Assembly (NCBI GenBank): GCA_965644495.1
Contig: CBFFSA010000015.1
Span: 124,001-188,000 of the forward strand
Direction: 5' to 3'
From: Perkinsela sp. CCAP 1560/9
Lineage: Eukaryota; Protista; Euglenozoa: Kinetoplastea
Length of the DNA stretch: 64,000 bases
Part shown: positions 1-10,136 of the stretch, piece by piece
Numbering within the stretch: position 1 is the stretch's first letter
Layout of the letters: the number at the start of each line of letters is the position of its first letter
Position numbers and translations under genes: made by a program
Notes under the pieces: model-generated
Told to the model about the DNA's origin: nothing
The model's database searches: none
What the model saw: the letters and a program-made list of their open reading frames with translations, nothing else

Positions 1-112
1 TTGAATATTTGGAGAAAACAACTCTGTGAGATATCTCGAATGCGCTATTGTTTTCCAAAATTGGACAAATTTTACGTTTTTTAGATTCCCCACCTTTGGA
101 CTCGCACCCCTG
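1..112. mobile_element. Right end of a Tc1/mariner-type element, truncated by the window edge
   Basis: Ends ...GCACCCCTG followed by TA. The subterminal sequence (ctcgaatgcgctatt..ttccaaaattgg) matches the right end of the Tc1-like element at ~21008-21089. Confidence 0.55.
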
Positions 113-259
113 TACATTACGATACATAGATTACTTACTCAAACTAAAGGGATAAAAGCACACAAACCTCTGCTCACGATGCTAAAGGGGGGGTCACCTA
201 TTATCACACTTTAGATGAGGTTCAAGTTTTACTAAGACTGATTAACAATCACATGATTT

Positions 260-826
260 TTATTTGCGCTTAAAATAAAGATCTAATATTTCGTCAAGGA
301 ATGCTTGACTTTGTGTGCGATAGATTTCGGCTTCGTCGGTAAGGGTTTTACGTTCGGCAGGTGAGAGGCATCTATATTCTTCTGCTACACGTTTCGTAAC
401 CGCACGAAGCAAAGATTTTGTGTCCTCGGTATTCTTCCTTTCTTCAGCATATATAGCCTTTGAACGTTTCCTCCTAAATAAATCATAGTTTTTGCAGACT
501 ATATTCCTCACCCGCATCTTTAGTAATTTCTTTTTTTCCGTATTGTCGACAGCAATCTTTTGAAGAAGTTGTAGTTCATTTGGTGAAATCCTATTAAAAT
601 CCTCGTGCATCTTCTTAAGTTGATTTAGAAGAAAGGTATCTCTCGTACCTTGAAAAAATTTTGATAGATAAGCTGTTTTTGCCGTAGATGGCAGTGATTG
701 CTCACCCCAGGGTCTTCTCAGCGCTTTGCGGCGCAGTCTTATCCATTTTGACGTCCGATGACTCGCAACCAATGGGTCAAAATTCCATTGTTCGAAATTC
801 CATTGTATGAATGAACGATTAAACAT
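260..826 (-). CDS. Kinetoplast-associated protein (KAP)-like basic protein with degenerate HMG-box-like repeats
   Basis: 188 aa, K/R-rich, MFNR-type short presequence, PWG motif, Y-x-LF and V...Y..LS..E+K.L motifs. Clearly paralogous to 3015-3699, 56482-56982 and 57569-58063. Confidence 0.6.
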   Translation of the reverse strand: MFNRSFIQWNFEQWNFDPLVASHRTSKWIRLRRKALRRPWGEQSLPSTAKTAYLSKFFQGTRDTFLLNQLKKMHEDFNRISPNELQLLQKIAVDNTEKKKLLKMRVRNIVCKNYDLFRRKRSKAIYAEERKNTEDTKSLLRAVTKRVAEEYRCLSPAERKTLTDEAEIYRTQSQAFLDEILDLYFKRK

Positions 827-876
827 TATTTAATAAAATGTAAGGATCAAAAGCCGAGAAGCAGTCTATTACATAC

Positions 877-1071
877 ATGTAACCCAGGCTAAAGCGGACG
901 AGGGGATACTAATAGCACAGGTACGGCAGTTTCTCACAGAAAAAAACGGTATCTCCCTTGTGGCATGTGAGCCTGAAGGCGGATACAAAGGTGGAGATAC
1001 CTTTTTTCCTGTAGGGAACTGTCGCACCTGTACTATTATTATCCCTTCATCCACCTTAGCCTGGGCTACAT
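877..1071. repeat. Imperfect ~80-bp inverted repeat (long hairpin or old MITE)
   Basis: atgtaacccaggctaaagcggacgagggg...ggtatctcc pairs with ggagatacc...ccaccttagcctgggctacat; mismatches are almost all transitions. Confidence 0.8.
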
Positions 1072-1943
1072 AGCCATCGAGACATGTTCCCTAGGGCTCC
1101 TTACAGCTTCTCCGGACTGAAAAATTTCATTACTGGTGAAGGGGCACATGGGGAGCAATGTTTAATACACGCATATCAACAAGCAACAAGGTGCTGAGCA
1201 CCACTCAACAAGGTGCATAACACCCAGCAAGGTTTAAAAGTCTGAATCAGAAAAACAAAATAGGAAAAAAAAACATTAATGAGAAGGTTTTCAAAAAATC
1301 TTCAAAACATATTAAGAAATCCGATTACTTATGTTTACATGAGGGAAAAACAATGCCAACCTTAAGAATGAGCGGAAAAAACCCAAGTAAACATGATATG
1401 AAAACATACTAAACGTTCTTAATGATATCAAAACCTTAGTCAATATCAGTAACGTGATTTGGTTGGATAAAACCTTTCAATACATCTATCTTGTAACTTC
1501 TGCGGATACGTCGTAATCGATTCGTCCTTTCGCAGTGACGTCGTATTTTTTCTTCCGGAGAGAAATATTTTGAATTTCGTTGATGAACAGACCGACAACC
1601 GACTAAAATGTTTGGGAAGATTTTGGCGAAAATCTAAAAACAAAAAATTATTCCGTTAATTATTACCGTGAAAACATTAATTAAGAATAACATAAATTAA
1701 GGTAACTTTTTTTTGGCACATAATTATTACCTTAATTTCTGGTACCTTAATTATTGGTACCTTAATTATTATTTGGAGCTCATATTTCCGATGTCGATAT
1801 CCTTCGAAACTTGAACAAAATTCAGTTGTAAGTATCTACAACACCTGTAACCTTTTCGAACATGGGTCTGTACCTTGTACGATTTTTGAATGCACGCAGA
1901 TAGATTCTAAGTTGAAAATAACCACCGCCTTTCACGAGGCGAC

Positions 1944-2303
1944 TAGAATAGAAATTAATTATTACAGCAGATTTTCGGAAAAATAAGTGACACATAATTA
2001 TTACCTTAATTTCTGGTAACTTAATTTCTGGTACCTTAATTTTAATTACCTTAATAAGTGTTTTGACGGTAGAATAGAAATTAATTATTACAGCAGATTT
2101 TCGGAAAAATAAGTGACACATAATTATTACCTTAATTTCTGGTAACTTAATTTCTGGTACCTTAATTTTAATTACCTTAATAAATGTTTTGACGGTAGAA
2201 TAGAAATTAATTATTACAGCAGATTTTCGGAAAAATGAGTGACACATAATTATTACCTTAATTTCTGGTACCTTAATTTTAATTACCTTAATAAGTGTTT
2301 TGA
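1944..2303. repeat. AT-rich tandem repeat, 126-bp unit, ~2.8 copies
   Basis: tagaatagaaattaattattacagcag recurs at 1944, 2070 and 2196, with internal 15-bp ccttaatttctggta subrepeats. Confidence 0.85.
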
Positions 2304-2404
2304 GTCAAAACACTTATAAAAATTAACGGTATTCCGTTATCAAATTGACGGTATTCCGTTAATTATTATTCCAATGATTTTTATTCCGTTAATAAGTACT
2401 TTGA

Positions 2405-2645
2405 CGGTACTAAGTGGGTACGGTATACTAAATTTTGTCTAAAAACCAAAAAAAAATATATCGCGTTCCTTCTCTGTAGTTGCTAGAAAAATGGTGCCTT
2501 GACCTTAAAATGCGATCTCTTACCTGGGGATTGCTAGAAATGTTGCTCTGTCGCTTCTAAAAAAGGGACGTCTCCCGCTGCTGTTGCTGGGAGGGGGGGG
2601 TAGGTATACTAAGTGGGCATGGGTATATTATCCTGGAACATGGTT
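2405..2645. mobile_element. Truncated copy of the AACCATG-terminated MITE (full copy at 60421-60706)
   Basis: Long match to ~60450-60706, ending atcctggaacatggtt+TA. Confidence 0.7.
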
Positions 2646-3014
2646 TATATTGAAAACAACCGCCATGTTTAACGAAGCGACTAAAAAGGATCATATTCAT
2701 AACCGTAGCTATAAAGTCACAAAAATGGCTATGCATGATGACCCCAATTTACCAGTACTGTACGTGTGATGAGCGTTTAAGTATTGAATGTAAAAGAAGT
2801 CCAGAATATAATGAACCGGGCGACATCTAACCGATTTTGTGTAACGCTAACCTCCCTGACTAGGTTAGAAAAAAGTGAAGACGAAGTACCGTACCCTGGA
2901 GCCCTACAGCAGTAGGGGGTAATTACCACATGCGTGGTACTTAGTACATTCATAACGAATTCGGTCGAAAGATTTTGCAATCAACAACAAAGCACTGAAA
3001 GAGCAATTTCCGAG

Positions 3015-3699
3015 CTATTTCTGTTGATTCATGAGATACTTGATAAAATCTAGGGCCCGTGAACGGCGCTTCGCGGCTTCCATTGAGAGGTATTTGTGCT
3101 CACGAGGTGACAACCTCCGATAATTCGCAGCTATTTTCTTTGAAACTGCGGCAAATAATTTTTTACCGTCCTTAAACGTTTTGCGTCGTGCATTACATAC
3201 TCTTTTCCAATTGTTTTCCGTAAACAAGCCGTAAGAAGTGCAACGTGCATCGCTTATTTTCTTTTTTAAAAATCTTTTCCTCTGCGCATTCGCGGAAGCA
3301 ATTTTTCTTAAAGATTTAGCATCAACCTTGGATATGTTTTTAAACGCTTCATGTGCATTTTTGAATTTAGCTTTCCCTCTTTTGCCCTTGAGAAACCTTG
3401 ACATAAAGACTGCTTGCACACTAGAGGGTAGAACTTGTGAACCCCACGGCTTCTTCAGAAGTTTTGGGCACGCCTTTCCATTGTTTAAAGTGAATCGTGA
3501 TATAGAGAAATGAAACGTTTTTAAACGCTTCATGTGCATTGTTGAATTTAGCTTTCCCTCTTTTGCCCTTGAGAAACCTTGACATAAAGACTGCTTGCAC
3601 ACTAGAGGGTAGAACTTGTGAACCCCACGGCTTCTTCAGAAGTTTTGGGCACGCCTTTCCATTGTTTAAAGTGAATCGTGATATAGAGAAGTGAAACAT
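3015..3699 (-). pseudogene. KAP-like paralogue frameshifted by an internal 181-bp tandem duplication
   Basis: ATG TTT CAC at 3699. Segment ~3336-3516 is repeated at ~3517-3697 (period 181, not a multiple of 3). The downstream part encodes the full KAP-like body (KKPWG...SYGLF...YRRLSPREHK). Confidence 0.65.
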
Positions 3700-3770
3700 A
3701 AGCAACAGAAAATCTTTACGTATTCCTATGAAGTTCAACATATTTTTCCTCTTTCCGTATATGATTGGTA

Positions 3771-3998
3771 CTCTACCCCTCTGCCTATGAGTTCCCTTGT
3801 TTGAGAAAAAGAAACTCATAAGCATACCAGACCAGAATTCGAGCCATAAAAGTGCAAAAATTCGAGCCCGCGGCGCTTCGCGTCGCAGGTTCTCCTTCAC
3901 AATGATACTGGTGCTAAAAAGACTAGCCGCTCGGTGAGCGAGTCCGTAGAGCAGCCTGACGTATAGTTGTTGGGAAATTTATGAATTTTTGTTCAGTG
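3771..3998. mobile_element. Truncated MITE copy (family of 31710-32003)
   Basis: Matches ~31710-31895 (atgagttccc...gtagagcagcctgacgta...atgaatttttgttcagtg); the right TIR is missing. Confidence 0.7.
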
Positions 3999-4032
3999 AG
4001 TTTCAGATTTCATTCAGAAGGTGTAATATCAT

Positions 4033-4632
4033 TAATAAAGATACAGTACATCAATACTAAAGATACAGTTTCTGTACCTTGTTGGTACATTTTCCCTTTA
4101 GTTCATCTTTTCTTTCCCCGGCAACGGGCATAATCTTACTGTTTTATATGCCCGTTGCCGGCCGGCACTAAGGCCGAAACTGTCCCTCTTTCTCGGCGAA
4201 GTAGGGGACGCGCTTCCACCCCATCACCCCTCCCCGGCTCACTCCTTGAGTGGGTTTTCTTCCCTCCCCGGCTTTCTTCCCTTCGCGCCCTTTTCTTCCC
4301 GGGGAGCCATGCGCCATGGTGGCCTCCCTTGAGGACCACTGGGCGTGGCTCTGCCTCGCATTATCGCGAGGCAGCGGTCGGTTGCAGTGCGCCCCTCCGG
4401 CTGCGTAAAGAGGTGGTGAGTTGCCTGGACCACCTCTACCGACTGGGACCGAGTCGGTTGCAGTGCGCCCCTCCGGCTGCGTAAAGAGAGGGCGAGTTGC
4501 CTGGACCCCCTCTACCGACAGAGTCCGAGCTAAACCCCCTTGGTGCGACATCCGTCAATACGGATTGTGCCGATGATATCGGCTGTCGCATCCAGGGCTG
4601 TATCTCTGCTCCAACGAGCGCATGAACATCAA
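4033..4632 (+). mobile_element. SL-RNA-headed structured non-coding element, copy A (divergent subfamily, doubled head)
   Basis: Starts TAATAAAGATACAGT, then TAAAGATACAGTTTCTGTACCTTGTTG|GTAC (4058-4088). The 5' ~290 nt and 3' ~95 nt are homologous to the reverse complement of 26835-27450. The middle has a 76-nt tandem duplication (4377, 4453). Confidence 0.7.
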
Positions 4633-4903
4633 AACTGTGTACCGTCAATACTGCATACCATCACCACTGTAACCCCCTCGCTAATACACAAGTATGCACA
4701 TTTCTGTATATACACTGTACATACAGTAACGTTTCTGTATGAGTGTAAGTGTCTTGTTGTTGCAATTGCTGTTACAATGACGTAGTATTGACAAACACCG
4801 TACAGTCGTCAGCAATCAGAAATCTCTTTGTTCATTTCGCATCGTCTAAAAAACGAGCAGTCACCAGGAAGACCCATTCCGCAGAGTCACGAAACGCATT
4901 GCC

Positions 4904-5938
4904 TCACCCCTTGCCACCCACTCCCTGCGGAAGAATTTGGAACGTTGAGAAAACGGGACCCAAGTCCACACATTGATTAGGAGTTATCTTTTCCTCCCGA
5001 GGTTGGAGTGGGGTGTTACGTTCGTGAACGTTTCGAGGCACTACCCCAGCGGTAGCCATATTACCCTCTTCTCCGGGAATGGTACTCAGGACACGTTTCG
5101 CCATGGTAGAGACGTGTCCGGCAACGTCAAATGTGGAGCCGGAGCCCAGACACAAGCGTACAGCCCCGCTGGCATGGACACGAAGTTTCCCCACCTTGCC
5201 CTGCAGTCGGTGAGAGGAAGAACCCGAGGACGCCTCCATCTCCTTCTGAGTCCCCGTACCCGGAGGTACTGAATCTAATCCCTTAGGAAGGCAAAATAGC
5301 GTAAGCGGAGAGGGACCACTCTCCCCATTCTCGGGATAACCCATCGAGGATAAAATGTCACGTATTCGTGTCCTCTCCATTTCCTCGGGCGTTACCTCAG
5401 TATCTTTTTGTGTTTCCGACTCAGGCAAAATGTTGGGCAGGAACTCGGAGAGCGGGGAGGACTCGCGGTATTCCTCCGGCAATAACGCGGCAGAGGCGGT
5501 GCTGCTTTTTCCGCGACCATGAAATTCTGCCTTTTTATCCTTTTTGGTGGCTCCTCTTCCACTCTTACGGTCGTTTAACCCCTCGCCCTTCTCCTTGTGG
5601 CTCCCTGAGGCGTCTTCCTGGGATACTTTTAAGTCCCGAAAAGAATGCGGTTGAGTTTTCCCTCCTGGAATGATTTCTCGTAGCAGGGCTCGCGTGACCT
5701 CCTGGGCTTGCTGCCGTTCACGCGTGCCGGTTTGCAGAAAAGCATACCCGATCTCAGGGTCGTTTTCATGTGCAAATTTACGCTGCGAGGTGCGTAGCGA
5801 GGGTCGGGGCATTACTTCAATCGGGAGTTCTCCCGAGTAGGTGAGGGTGGAGGGAGGGAGCGCGAGCTGTTCATCCGGTGAAGTGCTGGTTGAGGGATTT
5901 TCCGGAATAGGGGAAGTGGGCGGGGAAGGAGAAGACAT
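4904..5938 (-). CDS. RPC4: RNA polymerase III subunit RPC4 (C53)-like
   Basis: C-terminal LFCLP...GKVGKLRVHASGAVRLCLG..TFDV matches the RPC4 domain signature; low-complexity N-terminus. Confidence 0.72.
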   Translation of the reverse strand: MSSPSPPTSPIPENPSTSTSPDEQLALPPSTLTYSGELPIEVMPRPSLRTSQRKFAHENDPEIGYAFLQTGTRERQQAQEVTRALLREIIPGGKTQPHSFRDLKVSQEDASGSHKEKGEGLNDRKSGRGATKKDKKAEFHGRGKSSTASAALLPEEYRESSPLSEFLPNILPESETQKDTEVTPEEMERTRIRDILSSMGYPENGESGPSPLTLFCLPKGLDSVPPGTGTQKEMEASSGSSSHRLQGKVGKLRVHASGAVRLCLGSGSTFDVAGHVSTMAKRVLSTIPGEEGNMATAGVVPRNVHERNTPLQPREEKITPNQCVDLGPVFSTFQILPQGVGGKG

Positions 5939-6579
5939 GGTAAGAAATACGCGTGGAGTAGATTTTCGCTGCCCGTTTTGTGTGAAAAGGAGCTGCGAAA
6001 AAGATTGCCGTCTTGTTGCAGAAAAGCGTATGCTGAAGAGTAAAAGTAGGACTAGTGAAAGAGTTTAGAGAGAAATGAGAGGAAAAGATAGTGTAGAAAG
6101 AGAGCTGTTTGTAATTAAGACCCGTAAAGTGCCCTTTTTGGCCCATCTTAGTGTGTTTCACGCATGAAAATATTTTTTTTGAGTTCTGTGAGAAAAGAAC
6201 GAGCAGATGGGAAAACGTACAAATCGTAAATAGGCAGTCTCTACAGTAAAAAACAGTCTAACTGCAGTAATGTAAAATGGTACTGAACACCGTTCTCCGA
6301 TCTTCCAATCCTCACAGTGTATGCCGATTGACAGCACTGAATCCCCCCTTCACAGTAACAAAAAAGGTTTAAATGGAACCATTTTAGCCAATCAAAAAAT
6401 GTTATACGGCCCTTCCTTCATATTCATCTATTTACTTATTCTTCACTGTTTTCTCAATATGCAACCATGAGAACCAAAGACGAATAATTTTTTCTGAACC
6501 TTTTTATATCCTTTTTACTCACACGTCCTCTTTGCGTGATTTACACACAATCCCCCAAAAAACAAGCCCCCCACCCCCC

Positions 6580-7410
6580 TCAAAACTGCCCCCGCCCCCG
6601 CCCTCGATACCCTGCCGCACCCCGTCCCCGACCATACCCCCCACGCCCTCTCCCCGGCGCCATCATCATCCCACCCCCCGGATAATGACCCGGGTACCCC
6701 CCACGCACAAACCCCACAGGCGGAGGGGGACCCCCCATCCCCATCTCCCCCCCTCCCCCCATCTGTTGTTGTTGCTGCTGCTGCTGCTGCGCCCCCATCA
6801 GGTAACTCATCATCAGCAGCCCCATCGGGTCCGCGGGGGGGGTTGTTGCCGCTGCTGCCACTGTCGGGGGCAGCGCGCCCTGTCCCGCGTGCCCCCTCTT
6901 CCTCCCGGGCACGTTGCTGCGCTTCGGGGCGACCGCGAGCGTGCGGGCGCGGAGCAGCGCGAGGTGCTTGGTGCGCACCGCGGCCTCGGCCCCCGCGCGC
7001 TCGCGGAAGCACACGTAGGCGCGCCCGGTGGGGAGCAGCGTGTGGCTGTCGTGGAGCAGCGTGACGCGGTCGACGGGGCCGCAGTCGGATAAGTGGTTCG
7101 CGAGCTCCTCCTCGCTGGTGTTCCAGTCCAGGCCGCGGACGTAGACGGAGCGCGCGTCGGACTCGAGCTGCGCCGGGGTGGGGGTGGGGACGGGGAGGGG
7201 CGCATCGACAGTGTCGGTTTCGGAAGACGTGGGGGTCGTGGTGGTCGTCGCTGTGGTCGTCATGGTGGTGGTGGTGGGTTCAGAAGGTGCCGGGGGGGCT
7301 ACGGTTGAGGTCAGGGGGTCGGTGTCCATGGCGTGGGGGGTTTCGGAGGGGGAGGTACGGTCTTGGAGTTGTTTTTTGAGGGCTGCGATTTGTTGATCAA
7401 TTTCGTCCAT
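6580..7410 (-). CDS. PABPN1: Nuclear poly(A)-binding protein PABPN1/PABP2-like
   Basis: N-terminal coiled coil, single RRM (ESDARSVYV..LD....EEL..H...CG.V.RVTLL.D.....P.G.AYV.F...PKR.NVPG), RGG-rich tail. Confidence 0.8.
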   Translation of the reverse strand: MDEIDQQIAALKKQLQDRTSPSETPHAMDTDPLTSTVAPPAPSEPTTTTMTTTATTTTTPTSSETDTVDAPLPVPTPTPAQLESDARSVYVRGLDWNTSEEELANHLSDCGPVDRVTLLHDSHTLLPTGRAYVCFRERAGAEAAVRTKHLALLRARTLAVAPKRSNVPGRKRGHAGQGALPPTVAAAATTPPADPMGLLMMSYLMGAQQQQQQQQQMGGGGEMGMGGPPPPVGFVRGGYPGHYPGGGMMMAPGRGRGGYGRGRGAAGYRGRGRGQF

Positions 7411-7847
7411 GGGTGGTGAGAGAGAGAGAGAGAGGGTTGGGAGAGGGTGTGGGGGAAAGGGGGGAGGAGGTGATGGGGTGTAGGAAAGAGAAAAAAAGAA
7501 TGGGAGAGAGGGAGAAAGGAAAGGGGTTGGGTGAGAGGTGAGAAATAAGGAAAAAGCGTGTGGATGTAGAATATAGAATAAAAAAAGAATAACAAGTCGA
7601 ACGAGTGACGCAAATTTTCTGGGCTCATTGTTTGGGTTACGTGTTAGAATAAGGCCTCAGCCCTATCCGTACCCTCTACGTTGAACAGAACATTGATGTG
7701 GTTACGTGGCAGTGTATGAAGAGTCGAAACACGAAAAAGGAAAACAGGGGGTAGGACTTCAAGACTTCTCCTGTCGTTCAGCTCCTTTCTCTGATCTGTA
7801 ATTCAACGCCCCGCTTCTTCTGCCTTCGTAGTCTCATCTCTACTTGG

Positions 7848-9698
7848 TCACAGCGTTTCAGAATCCTTGCCCTTTTCTGATCCCCGTTTTCGGTTTTCCG
7901 AACCTGATTCTGCCCCAGCTCCCGTTTTCTCCACCCCCTCCTGCCCCTTCTCCCCCTCTTTCCCCCGCTCTCCAGACTCTTTATTCTCCCACACTTCAAT
8001 AAACGCCTCCCCGGCGGTACCATCGTCACGCTCCACCCCTCGTCGAATGTGAAACCGACCCCGGGCGGTGTCCCGCAGCAACCTCACGGTGGGATACCCC
8101 ACCGAGAGAAGATACGGTACCACATCTAAGGGAATCTCATCGAGTATCTCTACCGGGAGAGTACTCAGAAGATATTTAAGCGGCCACCGGGTGCCATCCT
8201 CCGGGAGTGCCTGCCGTACCGACTCCGCCACCATATCCTCCGTGATGTGAATATAAGAGGTGTGACGACGACGTACCGAGAGGCGTAACTCCTCCGGGGG
8301 CAAATTAAGCCCCCCCGTGGCCGTCGTATTCGCGGAAGACGACCCACTTGCCCCCGCCCCACTACTCCCCACCCCTTTTGCCACATAGCTCGGGTAGGCG
8401 TTCTTCACCGCCCGGCTGTAGGGGATCGTCACCTCAAACACATCCTTGTGCTTGCGTAGCCAGGCCACGATCCCCCCGTAGTACGCCGCCTCCTTGACCG
8501 CCCCCTTGGTGAGCCTTCTCGCGATCACCCCGAGCTGGACGTAGTGCCGCGGCACGGTGCATTTCAGCACCTGAAACAGCAGCGGGGTGCGACACAGTGC
8601 CGCCGGTGGGGCCCCCACCACCCCTTTCCCATCCATGACCAGAAACCCCGAGAGGTGGGCCTGGCACACCGCAATAAACTTCTCCAGCGGGAGTTTATGC
8701 GAGACCTCGGGGGGGACATTCACGTGGAAGGCCTTCCACGCCACGTGCCGGCGCCACTGCTGGTTCAGCACACTCGCGAGCGTGGCGTGGGCGAGCATGG
8801 CGTTCTCCATCGCCACGTCGGTGCGGATCCGACCGAGGTCGGGGATATCCACCCCGCGACGGAGACGCTTGATCGTGTGCCGACACCCCACCCCCGCCTT
8901 GGACTCGAGAAAGTCATTGAGGTACGGCAGGATGGCCCCCCACCGCGTCGGGATGTGTCGCTCCCGGACCTCCGCGGGGATCAGGGTGATGAGATCCGGC
9001 GCAATGGTCCAGTGCAGCGGGAGGTACCGCACAAGGAACATGGAGTGGTAGTGGAGGGTCTCCGGGGAGGCGGTGGGGCCCCCGCGGGGTCGCCCCACCC
9101 CCTCGAGCTCCTCCGCCTCCTCACTCTCGCTCACCTCCAGCTCCTTGGCGTCGGGGAGGGCGCTGACCTCCGCCTTGCGCGCCACAAGCATCCCCAGCGG
9201 GGAGAGGGTGAAGCGGGAGGGGAAGGCTTTCAGCACGGAGGCGATGCCGCCGTACTTGCGGATCTCTTTACGGTCCGAGGAGCGCAGGGAGCCGTAGAGG
9301 GTGCTGACCCCCGTGGAGGGGTGACCCTGTAGCGTGGCCTCGAGACGCTGTAGGATATCCACTGGACAGCCCTCGGGGTTGTCGAATTTTTGAGCCGGGG
9401 GGGCGCCGGGACGGGGGTCCCCGGGCTCGGGTTGCGTACCCACGACCTCGGCACCGGTGTAGTCGGCCCGGGAGACGGTTAACAGGTTTTTCACCCCCAC
9501 CGCTTTGAGGTTAAACACCTGCGGGTGGGCGCGGATAAAGTCCTTTAGACTTCCGTGGTCGGTGGCGATGGTTTCCATGACGGCGTCGGGGAGAAGGCGG
9601 GAGAGTTGAGCCAATGTCACTACGTCGTTTGGGGGGACAGCGGCGACGACGGTGGATACAACCCGTTCGCATAAGAGGTAGAGGTGTCGTCGAAACAT
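7848..9698 (-). CDS. Hypothetical, probably mitochondrial protein with repeated winged-helix (OST-HTH/LOTUS-like) modules
   Basis: First ATG gives MFRRHL, presequence-like. Three related motifs: HGSLKDFIRAHPQVF, YGGIASVLKAFPSRF, YGGIVAWLRKHKDVF. Long GC-rich ORF. The domain call is by eye. Confidence 0.55.
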   Translation of the reverse strand: MFRRHLYLLCERVVSTVVAAVPPNDVVTLAQLSRLLPDAVMETIATDHGSLKDFIRAHPQVFNLKAVGVKNLLTVSRADYTGAEVVGTQPEPGDPRPGAPPAQKFDNPEGCPVDILQRLEATLQGHPSTGVSTLYGSLRSSDRKEIRKYGGIASVLKAFPSRFTLSPLGMLVARKAEVSALPDAKELEVSESEEAEELEGVGRPRGGPTASPETLHYHSMFLVRYLPLHWTIAPDLITLIPAEVRERHIPTRWGAILPYLNDFLESKAGVGCRHTIKRLRRGVDIPDLGRIRTDVAMENAMLAHATLASVLNQQWRRHVAWKAFHVNVPPEVSHKLPLEKFIAVCQAHLSGFLVMDGKGVVGAPPAALCRTPLLFQVLKCTVPRHYVQLGVIARRLTKGAVKEAAYYGGIVAWLRKHKDVFEVTIPYSRAVKNAYPSYVAKGVGSSGAGASGSSSANTTATGGLNLPPEELRLSVRRRHTSYIHITEDMVAESVRQALPEDGTRWPLKYLLSTLPVEILDEIPLDVVPYLLSVGYPTVRLLRDTARGRFHIRRGVERDDGTAGEAFIEVWENKESGERGKEGEKGQEGVEKTGAGAESGSENRKRGSEKGKDSETL

Positions 9699-10136
9699 GA
9701 GGAAGGGGGGTGGGAAAGTACCCTGAGGATTGAGGGTGGGGTTAAAGAGCAAGAAAAAAGAGCAATTTCTAAAGAGAAAGAAAGAGAATAAAAGACAGTG
9801 AGACAGAAAAGGTACAGATATGTTTTTTTTTGCATGGATGAATAGTCAAGGAGAGTGGAAAATTCACAGAAAACAGATGATAAAATCGTTAGTTGTGTCG
9901 GTGTTTCTCAGTTTTTGTTAGAGAGAAAGTAGCAGTTAAGCAAGAATGGGTATCCGTTCGTCAAACTTTCGGTCCTAAGAGGATACATGTTGTCGTAGCC
10001 CAACAAGGCTTTCACAACTGCACCTGAAAATGCTTCCTGAAAAGAGTAGAGGTAGCCGATGTCCACAAGATTTTATATGCCAGAAAACGAAGGATTGCCC
10101 CCTACCATTTTCCTTCGCGAGTCGAATGGTGTTCGC

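Noticed and set aside
1822-2247. 141-aa repetitive ORF
   Set aside because: Artefact of the 126-bp AT-rich tandem repeat.
4300-4350. HDV-like ribozyme or ingi/L1Tc 77-79-nt signature in the SL element
   Set aside because: Could not assemble the P1/P2 double pseudoknot; the region reads as a simple nested hairpin.
6515-9454. Many overlapping alternative-frame ORFs over GC-rich genes (also 25096-26080, 32348-33374, 43238-44036)
   Set aside because: Shadow ORFs from high GC; only one frame per locus carries recognisable motifs.
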